This document shows positions 40,507 to 51,244 of a stretch of DNA of 64,000 nt, one piece after another. Location: contig CM069143.1 in assembly GCA_035221665.1 (NCBI GenBank), forward strand, positions 19,344,001-19,408,000, read 5' to 3'. Within the stretch, counting starts at the first letter, position 1; every line of letters begins with the position of its first letter. Both the position numbers and the translations under genes were made by a program. Below the pieces are notes generated by a model. It saw nothing but the letters and a program-made list of their open reading frames with translations, was not told where the DNA came from and made no database searches. The DNA comes from Okamejei kenojei. Lineage: Eukaryota.

Positions 40507-41425
40507 TGTCAAGTCAGATTTATTCGTCACGTGCACAATAAGTGTAGTGAGTTGAGTAAACTGAACTTGCCAGCGGCGGTACAATAAAAAAAAAAACACA
40601 CACAATACACAATAAAAATTTAAAACAAACATCCACCAAAGCATTCATCACTGTGGTGGAAGGCACAAAGTTTAGTCAGTCCACCTCCATTTTCCCCCGT
40701 TGGTCGGGACCACAACCCTCCGCAGTCGCCGCTGCAGGCGGCCAGATGTGCAGGCAAGGTAAGTCCTGAATCGGTGCTTCCCTACCGGAGACCAAGGCTT
40801 CAAGATGGTGTAGGCCGGAGGTCAAAGATCTAAAGTCCCCGCCGCACCGCAGACCGCACGGCCAGCGATCGAAGCTCTTCTCCAGGGATCCCCAGCGAGG
40901 AATCCCTCTCCGGATGGTAAGTCCCCGCCGCGCCCGCGGTTAGAAGTAGGCTGCGGGCTGGCTGTCGGAGCTCTTCTCCTCCGGGGTCCCCAATGAGGTA
41001 TCCCAGACTCTGGACGCCGCGTCAGTTGGAGCTCTGCAGACTGCGGCTTCAGACTGCCGCGGGCCATCGAACGGAGCGCTCCCTTCCGGCGACCCCCGGC
41101 GAGGACTCGCCCGCTCCGCGATGAAAAAGTCTACGCTGCGCCCGCTGCTGAAGACCCTGGCGCCGGGAAAGGCCGCACCGATCCTTTGTTTTTGGCCGCG
41201 AGGGAGGCGACATGGAAAAAGTCGCCTCTCCGTGGAGGAGGCGACTGGAGTGGTTTCCCCCCCCCCCCCCCCCCCCCTTACCCCCCCCCCCCCCCCAAAC
41301 AACCCCCCCCCCCACAAGACACACCGAGAAACATTTAAAACACACATTGGGACATACTAAAAAAACGAAAAAAGTAGAAAAAACTAACGCTGCTGGCTGG
41401 GCAGCCGGATCGCAGTGTCCCCACT
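40507..41425 (-). mobile_element. GC/CpG-rich non-autonomous retroelement with (TTGAC)n-type tail
   Basis: Tail and AATAAA (minus strand) at 40507-40525; CpG-dense body; hairpin shared with 41633-42460. Confidence 0.55.
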
Positions 41426-41632
41426 AATAAAGTTACTAATAAAGTAAAGAAACGACCTTTTTCAATCTTCATTGCTGCAAAATTGCACCTCGCCTCCAAC
41501 AATTTTCTTGCTGGAGTGGAATTAACCTACAGGATGAACTATCTACTTCTTTCCATCTCTACTGCTGAACTTTGATCATCCAAATAGATGGAGCTCTTGG
41601 GGCTAGCAAAATCAAGGGATATGGGAAGAAAT

Positions 41633-42460
41633 TTGGGAGTGGCGGCGCTGCCCTGGCAGCAGCGGCTCACCTGCAGTCCGTCTGTTTTTCTTTTTATTTG
41701 TTGTTTTCTTGTCTTGTTTTTAGCGTTAATTTGAGTTATTATGTAGGGTGTGTGTGGGAGGGGTGGGAGAAAAGTTCTTAGTCGCTTCCTTTTGGGGGGA
41801 CGTGACTTTTCTTGTCGTATCCCCCGTCTCCGTCTGCGCTGAGGCCTATCGCGGAGCTGGCGGCCTCCAACTTTAACTGCGACCGACCCGAGGCTCCGGA
41901 GGTAGAGCCAGCCAGGACTTACCAGCGTGGGGCTGGCCGACTTCGGGGCTGTGGCGGGTTCAGGCGTTCCGGCGGCCCGACTCGGAGCAGAGGCGGCTTT
42001 CTGGTGGTGGTGGCGGCGGCAGCAGCGACTTCGGAGGCCCGGCCGCGGGCCCAGTGGACGACATCGTCGGGAGCTCGCAGGTCACAGGTTAACCTGTTTT
42101 TCTGGACTGGAGGGCGGCAGCTTCGGCAGCTTTGAACGCCCCGGGCCGCGGAGTCGAACCGGCCCGCTCGCGGAGCGCGGTTCGCCCGCGGGCCTTATTT
42201 ACATCACCCGGTGCGGTCACAACATCGGAGGCCCGGGTTGCCTCAGCGAAGAGGAAGAGGAAGAAGGGAAGAGACTAAGACAGGATTTTTGACTTCCACC
42301 ACAGTGAGGAGGTGTCTGGTGAACTCACTGTGGTGGATGTTAAATATGTGTTCATTGTGTGTTTTAGTTATTTACTATATGTATTACTGCAGGCAACGAA
42401 ATTTCGTTCAGACTGCAAGGTCTGAATGACAATAAAGTTTTCCAAGTTCCAAGTTCCAAG
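41633..42460 (+). mobile_element. GC/CpG-rich non-autonomous retroelement inserted into a CR1 3' end
   Basis: CR1 3' sequence on both sides (41580-41630, 42461-42575). Ends CAATAAAG plus (TTCCAAG)3. Hairpin CCACCACAGTGAG...CTCACTGTGGTGG. Confidence 0.6.
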
Positions 42461-42949
42461 GCAGGCACGAGTTACTGATTGTGGATGATCAGCCATGATC
42501 ACAATGAATGGTGGTGCAGACTGGAAGGGCCAATGGCCTCCTCCTGCACCTATTTTCTATGTTTCTATGCTTCTAAATCTCAGTCAGTAATTTAAAGTAG
42601 AGATATTAGTAATTATTTGGGAAACAAAGGACATCTACTCTTCTTTCCCTGCAGCCACACATAATCTTCCTCCAATCCCTTGCAATAATCAAAGTCTGAC
42701 AGAGACCTTGGAATATTTTGATCACTTTAATTATAGCTTGGGAACTATCTCACTGAAGACATTTATTGACGACGAGATTCATTACACTGCACCAGTATAG
42801 CCTTTCGTGGATTGTGGAAAAGTTTTTGAAAACCATGATCACAAATCTGACATCAAGGTCACGAGGCAGGTACAAATTATTTGGGAGGCCAGAAAATGGT
42901 ACATAAGAAAAGTGAAGTTATCTGCAATGAATATTTCTTAACTTGGTAG

Positions 42950-43320
42950 CATAAGACTAAGTGCTAGGTTTGAGCAATCTCCAGTCCCTCACTGCAGTAT
43001 GTCTGAGCACTGCCACTGGATCCAGTGTTGAATCCAGGGGTACAGTTGGAGGTCTGATACCTGTCATGAAAGTATGATCTGTGCATGAGGTCAGGTGCAT
43101 ATAGTAACTGTATTTCTGCGCCACAGTACTCGAGCACAGAAACGGAAGATGCACTGAGTAGCAGAAGGTTGCCCACAGCGAAGAATAATTGTCCTCTTGA
43201 TTATGTGCTGGGATACAGTTCTTCAGCAGCTATGTATTTTGCATTATGCCGCTATTTTCATGCCCATGCCTAGGTGGACATCATTTATTTGAGATCAACG
43301 TAACAAACTCTGATTCTGAC
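42950..43320 (-). mobile_element. Very old LINE fragment, possibly Vingi/I-group RT C-terminus
   Basis: Remnant motifs SVLEYC and MTGIRPPT resemble the SxxEYCxxxW...ITGxxxxTP signature; heavily degraded. Confidence 0.3.
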
Positions 43321-43424
43321 CTTACTCACAATCTCTCCATTTACATTCTCCAGATACATCGTAGAAGAGCATGCTCTCAGTTGCATATTTACCATTATTC
43401 TGTCAAAAGTCATCTCTTACTCTC

Positions 43425-43620
43425 CAGCTATCTGTCGTGTTCACACCTTATCTTTCCATATCTCTGTCTCCCTCTCCCCTGATTTTCAGTCTGAAGAAGG
43501 ATTTCAACCCGAAACGTCACCCATTCCTTCTCTCCAGAGATGCTGCCTGTTCTGTTGAGTTACTCCAGCATTTTGTGTCTATCTTCAGTACCAACCAGCA
43601 TCTGCAGTTCCTTCCCATAC
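43425..43620 (+). repeat. Stand-alone Penelope pLTR/SINE-like copy with hammerhead core
   Basis: CTGAAGAAGG..ACCCGAAACGTC at 43491-43518; 3' end CAGCATCTGCAGTTCCTT. Confidence 0.75.
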
Positions 43621-44423
43621 ATCACTCATTTCCTGTATGGCTTAGCTCCTAGTTAGAAGAATTGAACCACTGCAAATCCCAAAACTAGATGTATTTTGTT
43701 GATAAAGATAAACTGGTGCAGCAATTGAAATTTGGAGCTGGTTAAATATGTGCGTTAGGAAATGTTATTGTCTCATTTTTTACCACAATTTCTAGCATAA
43801 TTCTAAATTTATAAATGGGTGTTTTCATTCAGAAATCGCGAGCATTTTGTGTTTGAACTTTATTATTCCAAAAGCACCATGGCCCCATGCCGGATTATCG
43901 TAGGAGATGAACTGGTGAGTCCATTCTATGCAAGATCTTTGCAGCCAGTGACTAAAGGAGAGGAACGTTCAAATGATTCCGACAATGAACTGGGTAATAA
44001 CGATGATATTGAAAGTGAGATTTCTGATGACAACGCCTCTGAAAATGACCAAAAATCGGATCAACGTGGACAGTGATTATGCGTCCCCTACCCCTCCAAG
44101 GCGTGTAACACAGAATTGTTGGCCTGCAGCATTGACTGACACTCAGAATTGGATCAAATTACAGTGCATTCAGAAAGTATTCTGACCCCTTCACTTTTTC
44201 CACATTTTGTCACGTTACAGCCTTATTTTAAAATGGATTAAATTCATTTTTTTTATCATCAATCTACACACAATATCCCAGAATGAAGAAGAGAAAACAG
44301 GTGTTTAGAAATTTTTGCAAAGTAATTGAAAAGAAATAACTGAAATATCAAATTTACATAAGTATTCAGACCCTTTACTCAGTACTTTGTTGAGGAACGT
44401 TTGGCAGCAATTACAGCCTCAAG

Positions 44424-47303
44424 ACTCCACCGCCCTCCAGCAGCCCGCAGCCGTCGCCTCACCTGCAGACTGGACTCTACAGTGGGCCTGAAGCCTCCAC
44501 ATTGCTAACTCCTCCCACCACTCTGTCTTTAACGGAACTGGGTCCTAGTGCCCGTCTCCCCAGCCCCAGTAACCTTAGTGGCTATTCCACTGGGTCTTCC
44601 CCACCCCCCCCCACCATGTAACCCCTGCTCTTCCTCACCCACACCACAGCCCCCATACTACCCCACCCCCTGACCACCCTCCACCCCCTCACCACACAAC
44701 GCTCCGTCCTCAGTTCACTCACCTGCCTTCCTCCGGCCACAACCCCGATCCTTGCCGCATGTTCATCATCCCCCCCGGACCTCCCCCTCTCCGACACCGA
44801 ACGGTCTGTCCTCAGCAGAGGTCTTACCTTTGTCCCCCTCCATCCCCACCTCAATGATTTCCGCGCACAGCACGACTTGGAGCTCTTCTACCGTCGCCTC
44901 CGCCTCACAGCGTTCTTCCACGGGAAGAAGCCCACGCTCCCCGCTGATGATCCCTTTTCCTGTCTCCCACGTACCCCCTCCATTTGGACCCCCCCTCGTA
45001 GCCTTCCGGCTCTAGAACTATTTATCCAGAACTGCCGTCGGGACATCAACTGCCTCGACTTCTCCACTCCCCTGTCTCACTCCAATCTCTCCAGCCCCGA
45101 ACGTACTGCCATCGACTCACTCCGTAACAACCCAGACTGGGTTATCAAACCCGCCGACAAGGGAGGTGCCGTGGTAGTCTGGCGCGTCGATCTCTACAAA
45201 GTGGAGGCTGCGCGCCAACTCTCGGACACCTCCTCCTATTTACCCCTGGACCATGACCCCACTGACGAACACCAGGCCACCATCTCGAGCACCATAACCG
45301 ACTTCATCAGCTCCGGTACCCTACCCCCCCCCAGCCTCCGACCTCATCGTTTCCCAGCCCCGCACGGCCCGATTTTACCTTCTCCCCAAAATCCACAAAC
45401 CCGACTGCCCTGGCAGACCCATTGTCTCTGCCTGTTCATGCCTCACTGAACACATTTCTACATACCTTGACGCCATCCTATCCCCCTTTGTTAAATCCCT
45501 CCCCACCTATGTTCAAGACACCTCAGAAACTCTCCGTCGGCTCCGTGCATTCCATTCTCCAGGCTCCCATCCTCTCATCTTTACCATGGACGTCCAGTCA
45601 CTCTACACCTCCATCCCCCACCAGGACGGTCTCAAAGCCCTCTGGTTCTTCCTCAACCAGAGGAGCAGCCCATACCTCTCCACTGACACCCTCCTCCGCC
45701 TAGCGGAGTTGGTCCTTACCCTCAATAACTTCTCTTTTGATTCCTCCCATTTCCTTCAAACACAAGGCGTAGCTATGGGCACACGCATGGGCCCCAGCTA
45801 CGCTTGCCTCTTTGTTGGGTACGTCGAACAATCCTTGTTCTCCGCGTACCAGGGTCCCATCCTCGACCTCTACCTCCGTTACATCGGCGACTGCTTTGGT
45901 GTCGCCTCCTACACCCACCAACTTCATTCATTTCACCACCAACTTCCATCCGGCACTCAAATACACTTGGACCATTTCCGACATTTCCCTACCATTCCTT
46001 GACCTCACCATCTCTATTGCAGGTGATACACTCCTGACCGACATCCACTACAAACCAACTGACTCCCACAGCTACCTGGACTACTCTTCCTCCCACCCTG
46101 CTTCCTGTAAGGACTCCATCCCCTATTCCCAATTCCTCCGTCTACGCCACATCTGCTCCCAGGATGAGGTGTTCCACACCAGGTCATCACAAATGGCCTC
46201 ATTCTTCAGAGAACGGGGATTCCCCTCCCCACTATTGATGAGGCTCGCACCAGGGTCTCCTCCATACCCCGCAACACTGCCCTCTCTCCCCATTCCCCCA
46301 CTCGCAAACAGGGCAGTGTCCCCCTGGTCCTCACCTTTCACCCCATCAGCCGGCAAATACAACACATAGTCCTCCGCCAGTTTCGCCACCTCCAACGTGA
46401 CCCTTCCACCCGCCACATCTTCCCATCTCCCCCCCTGTCTGCCTTCCGCAAAGACCGCTCCCTCCGCAACTCCCTTGTCAATTCTTCCCTCCCCTCCCGC
46501 TCTACCCCTTCCTCGGGCACTTTCCCTTGCAACCGCAAGAAATTCAACACTTGTCCCTTCACCTCCCCCCTCCACTCCTTTCAGGGACCCAAGCAGTCCT
46601 TCCAGGTCCGACAGAGGTTCACCTGCACCTCCTCCAACCTCCAACCTCATCTACTGCATCCGCTGCTCCAGATGCCAGATGATCTATATCGGTGGGACCA
46701 AGCGGAGGCTTGGCGATCGTTTCGCCGAACACCTCCGCTTGGTCCGCAAAAACCAACCAGACCTCCCGGTGGCTCAGCACTTCAACTCCCCCTCCCATTC
46801 CGTATCCGATCTCTCGGTCCTGGGCCTCCTCCACGGCCAGAGTGAGCAACACCACAAGTTGGAGGAACAGCACCTCATCTTCCGCTTGGGGAGTCTGCAT
46901 CTTTTGGGCTTGAACATTGAATTTTCTCAATTCTGTTAACCCTTGCTGTCTCCTCCCCTTCCCACCTCTCCCTCAGCCCTCGGGCCCTGGCATTCCCTCT
47001 ATCTCTATCTCCTTCCCCCACCGTTGTCGCACTAGCTTCTTACTTTCACACCACAAACAGCTTACAATGGCTTGTTCCCTTTATCATCGATACTTTTTTG
47101 CATATCTTTCATTCATTCTTCTTTATCTCTCCACATCACCACCTATATCTCTCGTTTCCCTGATCCCTGACCAGTCTGAAGAAGGGTCTCGACCCGAAAC
47201 GTCGCCTATCTCCTTCGCTCCTTAGATGCTGCTGCACCCGCTGAGTTTCTCCAGCTTTTTGTGTAACCCTCAATTCTCCAGCATCTGCAGTTCCTTCTTT
47301 AAC
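44424..47303 (+). mobile_element. Penelope-like retroelement (RT + GIY-YIG, Neptune-like), near full-length, frameshifted
   Basis: IKPADKGG, LPKIHK..GRPI, DVQSLYTSIP, GVAMGTRMGPSYA, RYIGD, PFLD, YKPTD, Cys linker, NLIYCIRC..YIG..RF.EH. 11-bp TSD ACAGCCTCAAG (44413-44423, 47304-47314). Confidence 0.95.
47176..47203 (+). ncRNA. Minimal hammerhead ribozyme core in the Penelope pLTR
   Basis: CUGAAGA-A-GGGU(CUCG)ACCC-GAAA-CG-UC: conserved core, 4-5 bp stem II, palindromic ACGU stem III, GUC cleavage triplet. Confidence 0.7.
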
Positions 47304-48132
47304 ACAGCCTCAAGTCTTCTTGGGTATGACGCTACAAGCTTGGCACACCTGTATTTGGGTAATTTCTCCCATTCTTCTCTGCAGATCCTCTCAAGCTGTC
47401 AGGTTGGATGGGGAGCGTCGATGCACAACTATTTTCATTTTCACAAAATGTGGAAAAAAGTGAAGGAATCTGAATACTTTCTGAATGCACTGTAGGTCCT
47501 GCTGATAAGCACCATCCTACCTTTTGTCCCTCAACCTTATTTTGTGGTCCGCCTGAGCCAGGACTAAGGGTTCCAATGGACCCTGGACATGATTAATCAG
47601 GTGATTTCTTCACTCCATTTTTTCCACCTGCACTCATGGCTGATGAAACAAATAGATACGCCTTACAATTCTTTGACAATCCTGTTATTGTAGATGACCT
47701 ACCACCCTCATCAAGATTTAGAAAATGGCATGATATTTCTGAGGAAGAAATGAAAGTGTATGCGGCCCTTGAAATCACCAAGGGCTTATGTAGTAAAAAT
47801 CACCTCCATGATTACTGGGATAGATTACAGGGGTTCAGTCAAGTGATGAGTCGGGACCGATACATACTTTTGCATTCCTTCCTGCATTTCAATGACAATA
47901 CCAATCAAAAGGTGACGGTTCATGTCGATTGTGACCCACTGTACAAAATATGTCTGGTGAAAGTACGTAATTTAATTTCTTTCAGCCACACCAAGAAATA
48001 TTATATGAAATAATGAAAGGATTCAAAGGCCACTTGAGTTTCAAGCAATATATCCCCCAATAAGCCTTGTAAATGGGGTATAAAAATGTGGGTTTTGTGT
48101 ATTCGGTGAATAGATCTAATCTACGATAGAAT

Positions 48133-48977
48133 CAGGCACGTGCCGTCAGGGTAGGCAAGGTAGGCAGTGCCTACTCTGACTAAAATTATAAAATAGTAAT
48201 TATTATATATAAATATATAAAATGGTCATAAACATATATAAAATGGTCATAAATACTAAAGTCACGGGAGTATTATGCCTCCCTAAGCGATCAATCACTT
48301 AGGGAGGTATAATTCTCCCGTGCCTTTCATCAGCAGTACGTTTTAAACGCGGAAGTATGAGGTACTCACGTGTCGTCGACGCTGCTTCAAGCCATCAGTG
48401 GGAACGGTCCGTAAAGGCAGCTGAAACTCTGCCTTTACACCGCGGACTGCGTGCATATGCTGCGTTGCGCACTGCGCATGCGCACCAGCCTACTGCACAT
48501 GCGCAAGTTTCTTAGCGGGCTTTTCAACGGTGGATAGTGATTACCTGAAGAGTTTCACGAAGCAAACTTATGGATATTTTTGCTGCAGAATGGATTTTGT
48601 GCACAAATAATATGGTAAGTAATTTTTTTTGAGCTATATGTTTTTAAATACTTTATTAAAAGATAGGACCTATTGAAAACAAATTACATGATAAAAGTGG
48701 AGAGAACAATCTGCGCATGCGCGGTTTCCACGATTTAAAAATAGCCGAATGACAGTTCACCGGTGAGGGAACAGTGTGCGCATGCACGGTTTTCAAGATT
48801 AAAAAAATGCCAACCGGCAGTTTACCGGGGAGGGAACAACGTGCGCATGCGCAGTTTCAAGATTAAAAAAAAGCCGACTGACAGCTCACCGGGGAGAGAA
48901 TAATCTGCGCATGCGCGGTTTTCAAGATTTTTAAAAGCCACTGCCCACCCTGGCTGATTACTCACGGCACGTGCCTG
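48133..48977 (+). mobile_element. Complete 845-bp non-autonomous hAT element
   Basis: 14-bp TIR CAGGCACGTGCCGT; 8-bp TSD GATAGAAT (48125-48132, 48978-48985). Confidence 0.95.
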
Positions 48978-49015
48978 GATAGAATGGAATGTAAATGTGA
49001 GAACAATGATCGCAA

Positions 49016-49180
49016 AGTAGATAAAAATGATGGAGAAACTCAGCTGGTGATGCAGCATCAATGGAGCAAAGGAAAAGGTGACGTTTTCTTCTCTCCATAG
49101 ATGCTGCCTCACCCACTGACTTTCTCGAGCATTTTTATTTACCTTCGATTTTTCCAGCATCTGCAGTTCTGCTTAAACAA
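49016..49180. mobile_element. Mini Penelope insertion: inverted plus direct pLTR fragments
   Basis: 11-bp TSD AATGATCGCAA (49005-49015, 49181-49191). The left half is the reverse complement of the right half. Confidence 0.85.
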
Positions 49181-50463
49181 AATGATCGCAAGATGACCGT
49201 GGGGTCTAGTGTGGTGAAAACTCTTGTGAATGGAATTGATTCCAATGATCGTACGGTATATATGGACAGCTTTTTATCCTCCCCTGAGCTATTTCTTAGC
49301 TTGAAACAAAAAGGGACTGGTGCTTGTCGTACCGTAAGATCAAACCAAAAATGTATGCCCAAAAAAATTGGTACAACAGACATAAAGCTGAAATAGGGGG
49401 ATCAACCTATGTTTTTTAATTCTACTGATGGCCTTACTTTTAACACATGGCAGGACACAGTTCGTGTCAGTTGTCTCTCATCTATGCATGGAAATGAGAC
49501 TGTCGACAAGGAACTTAGGTCAAAGAAAGAACCAATGGGAAAGCGGACTGTGAAGAAGCTAGCCCTAGTGCAGGACCACAACAAATTTATGGGTGGCGTC
49601 GACAAATTTGACCAATTATCAGCTTACTCCTGTTATCCACACAAATGCCAGAAATGGTATAGTTATTTTCCACCTTGTGAAGGAAACTGCACTTGTGAAT
49701 GTTTTTGTCACTTATAAACTGTCACATCCTGATGAGAACATTGATCAGATTGGTTTTCGCCAGAAAGTTTGTGAATCTCTCAATCCAGTGAACATTCGTA
49801 CCATTGCAAAGACCAAAGCAAACACTGTTGATCAGTGAAGTAAAAGCAGGCTAGTAGAACAGCATTTTTGTGCAGAATATGAGAATAAAAGGTACAGGTT
49901 TGAATGTATTGTGTGCTCGGATCGTGCCTCTGCTCAGCGCCACCAGACTAGAACCTACTGTGAGGCCTGCGGAGTCCAATGTGGTTCCCTAAAGGTTACA
50001 AATGGTACAATACAGTGTATAAATATAAAATTGAATATGAATAGATTACAAACAAACTGTATGCTAGAATGTTATGACTTTATTATACCATGGTACGTTG
50101 AGTGAATTTGAAACTGACACTATGGCTTGACATTGCATGAGTATGCATGCTTTTGTGCATTTGATATTTCAATAAGGCAGTTCGGTATTCCGAACAATGC
50201 AAGGAATCATGGGATTTGTCAAAGGTCATTCGAGAATTTTAAAAAAGCGAACGGGGTGCCTGGTAGCGGGGAGAGTGGTGTGTAACAGCGAGAGAGAGGG
50301 GGCAGATGCGAATGGGAGACAGGGAGAGATGGTGAGAGGTGGGGAGAGAGGTTTCAGTTAGACAGACAACCACTGGTAAAGCCATGACTCTTTGCTTCTA
50401 GGAGAGTTGAGAAAATGTCCTCAATCGAGAGAATGCAACTTCAGAACCCCCTCGTCTCGACCA

Positions 50464-50875
50464 CAAGGATCAAATGACCTGAAGTTTGCTTTGAATGAAC
50501 TGAGTGTTTTACCGTCCTCGTCGTACACCGGCGTTTTGTGAGAGTGGTTGGATCTCGAGATCGAGGAGTCAGCGCCCGATAGGTAAGAGGCCCGCGGTAG
50601 CTGGTGCCTCTCTGCTCGCCGCTGGAAGAACTGACACCTCTACTCCCCGGGTTGGGTGCTGCCTCCTCGACTCCGTTGCTCGGCGGCGGCCAACTAGGAT
50701 TCCAGAGCATCGCCGATGCCTCACATCAACTCTCCCGTCGCCTGTCCGGATAATGTGACTGACGTTGGTTGAGCTGAAGCTGGGATCCAATCACTCTCAC
50801 AAAACGCCGGTGTACGGTGACAGCGTTAAGAACACTCAGTTCACTCAACACAAACTTTAAGTCATTTGTTCCTTG
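50464..50875. repeat. ~90-bp imperfect inverted repeat pair (50464-50554 / 50784-50875)
   Basis: Arms share CAAGG..AAATGAC..AAGTTTG..TGAACTGAGTGTT..CGTACACCGGCGTTTTGTGAGAGTG.TTGGATC. Confidence 0.9.
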
Positions 50876-51209
50876 CGCCCGTTGAAATCCCGGCTCCCAT
50901 CCATCCCAACCACAGCGCAAAAGTCTAATGTGTAGGAAGTCTGAAGGAGGGTTTTCTATCCCAAGGTACGCGGACGGGTGTCGGCCCAGGCCCTCAGCCA
51001 GTGAGGAGGGGTGGCGCCGGTCCCAGCTCGGCTCTGCCTGGCGGGACGGGCGGGGTTGAGCTTGAGTTGGTGCTTTTCCGCCGAGCTGGAGCCGCGCCTT
51101 TCCCCCCTCCCCCCTACCCTCGGCCGCCCCCGGACGGGACACTCGGGAGGGGATGGAGATGGCCCAGCGGCAGCTGATTAGTGCCAGTTCGCCCATGGCC
51201 TGGTCGAGT

Positions 51210-51244
51210 TAGTGAAATTTTGGCTGTCGCAGTGAAAGGGTTAA
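51210..51244 (+). repeat. Probable piggyBac right terminus
   Basis: ...GCAGTGAAAGGG|TTAA: AGGG terminus followed by the TTAA target. Matching left TIR not clearly found. Confidence 0.6.

Larger units (their letters stand above)
44162..47492. mobile_element. Internally deleted Tc1 element (~440 bp of its own sequence) hosting a Penelope insertion
   Basis: TA|CAGTGCATTCAGAAAGTATTC ... GAATACTTTCTGAATGCACTG|TA. Confidence 0.93.
43879..50030 (+). pseudogene. piggyBac transposase pseudogene interrupted by three insertions
   Basis: Acidic N-terminus, ETNRYA, MSRDRY..LHFNDN, FKGHLSFKQYIP.KP.KWGIK, VYMDSF.SSPELF, WQD..V..LSSMH, NKFMGGVDKFDQ, Cys-rich end (TRTYCEAC). Confidence 0.9.

Noticed and set aside
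41255-41315. Poly-proline/poly-glycine ORFs resembling a formin FH1 domain
   Set aside because: They come from C homopolymer runs inside a repeat, without splice signals; same for the runs at ~5995, ~11473 and ~59440.
43655-43690. TTGAACCACTGCAAATCCCAAAA as the piggyBac left TIR
   Set aside because: Only weak similarity to the right end (TTAACCCTTTCACTGCGACAGCCAAAA) and no intact TTAA-CCCT.
43879-50030. Domesticated PGBD-like gene nested in the intron
   Set aside because: Multiple stops, frameshifts and three TE insertions show it is non-functional.
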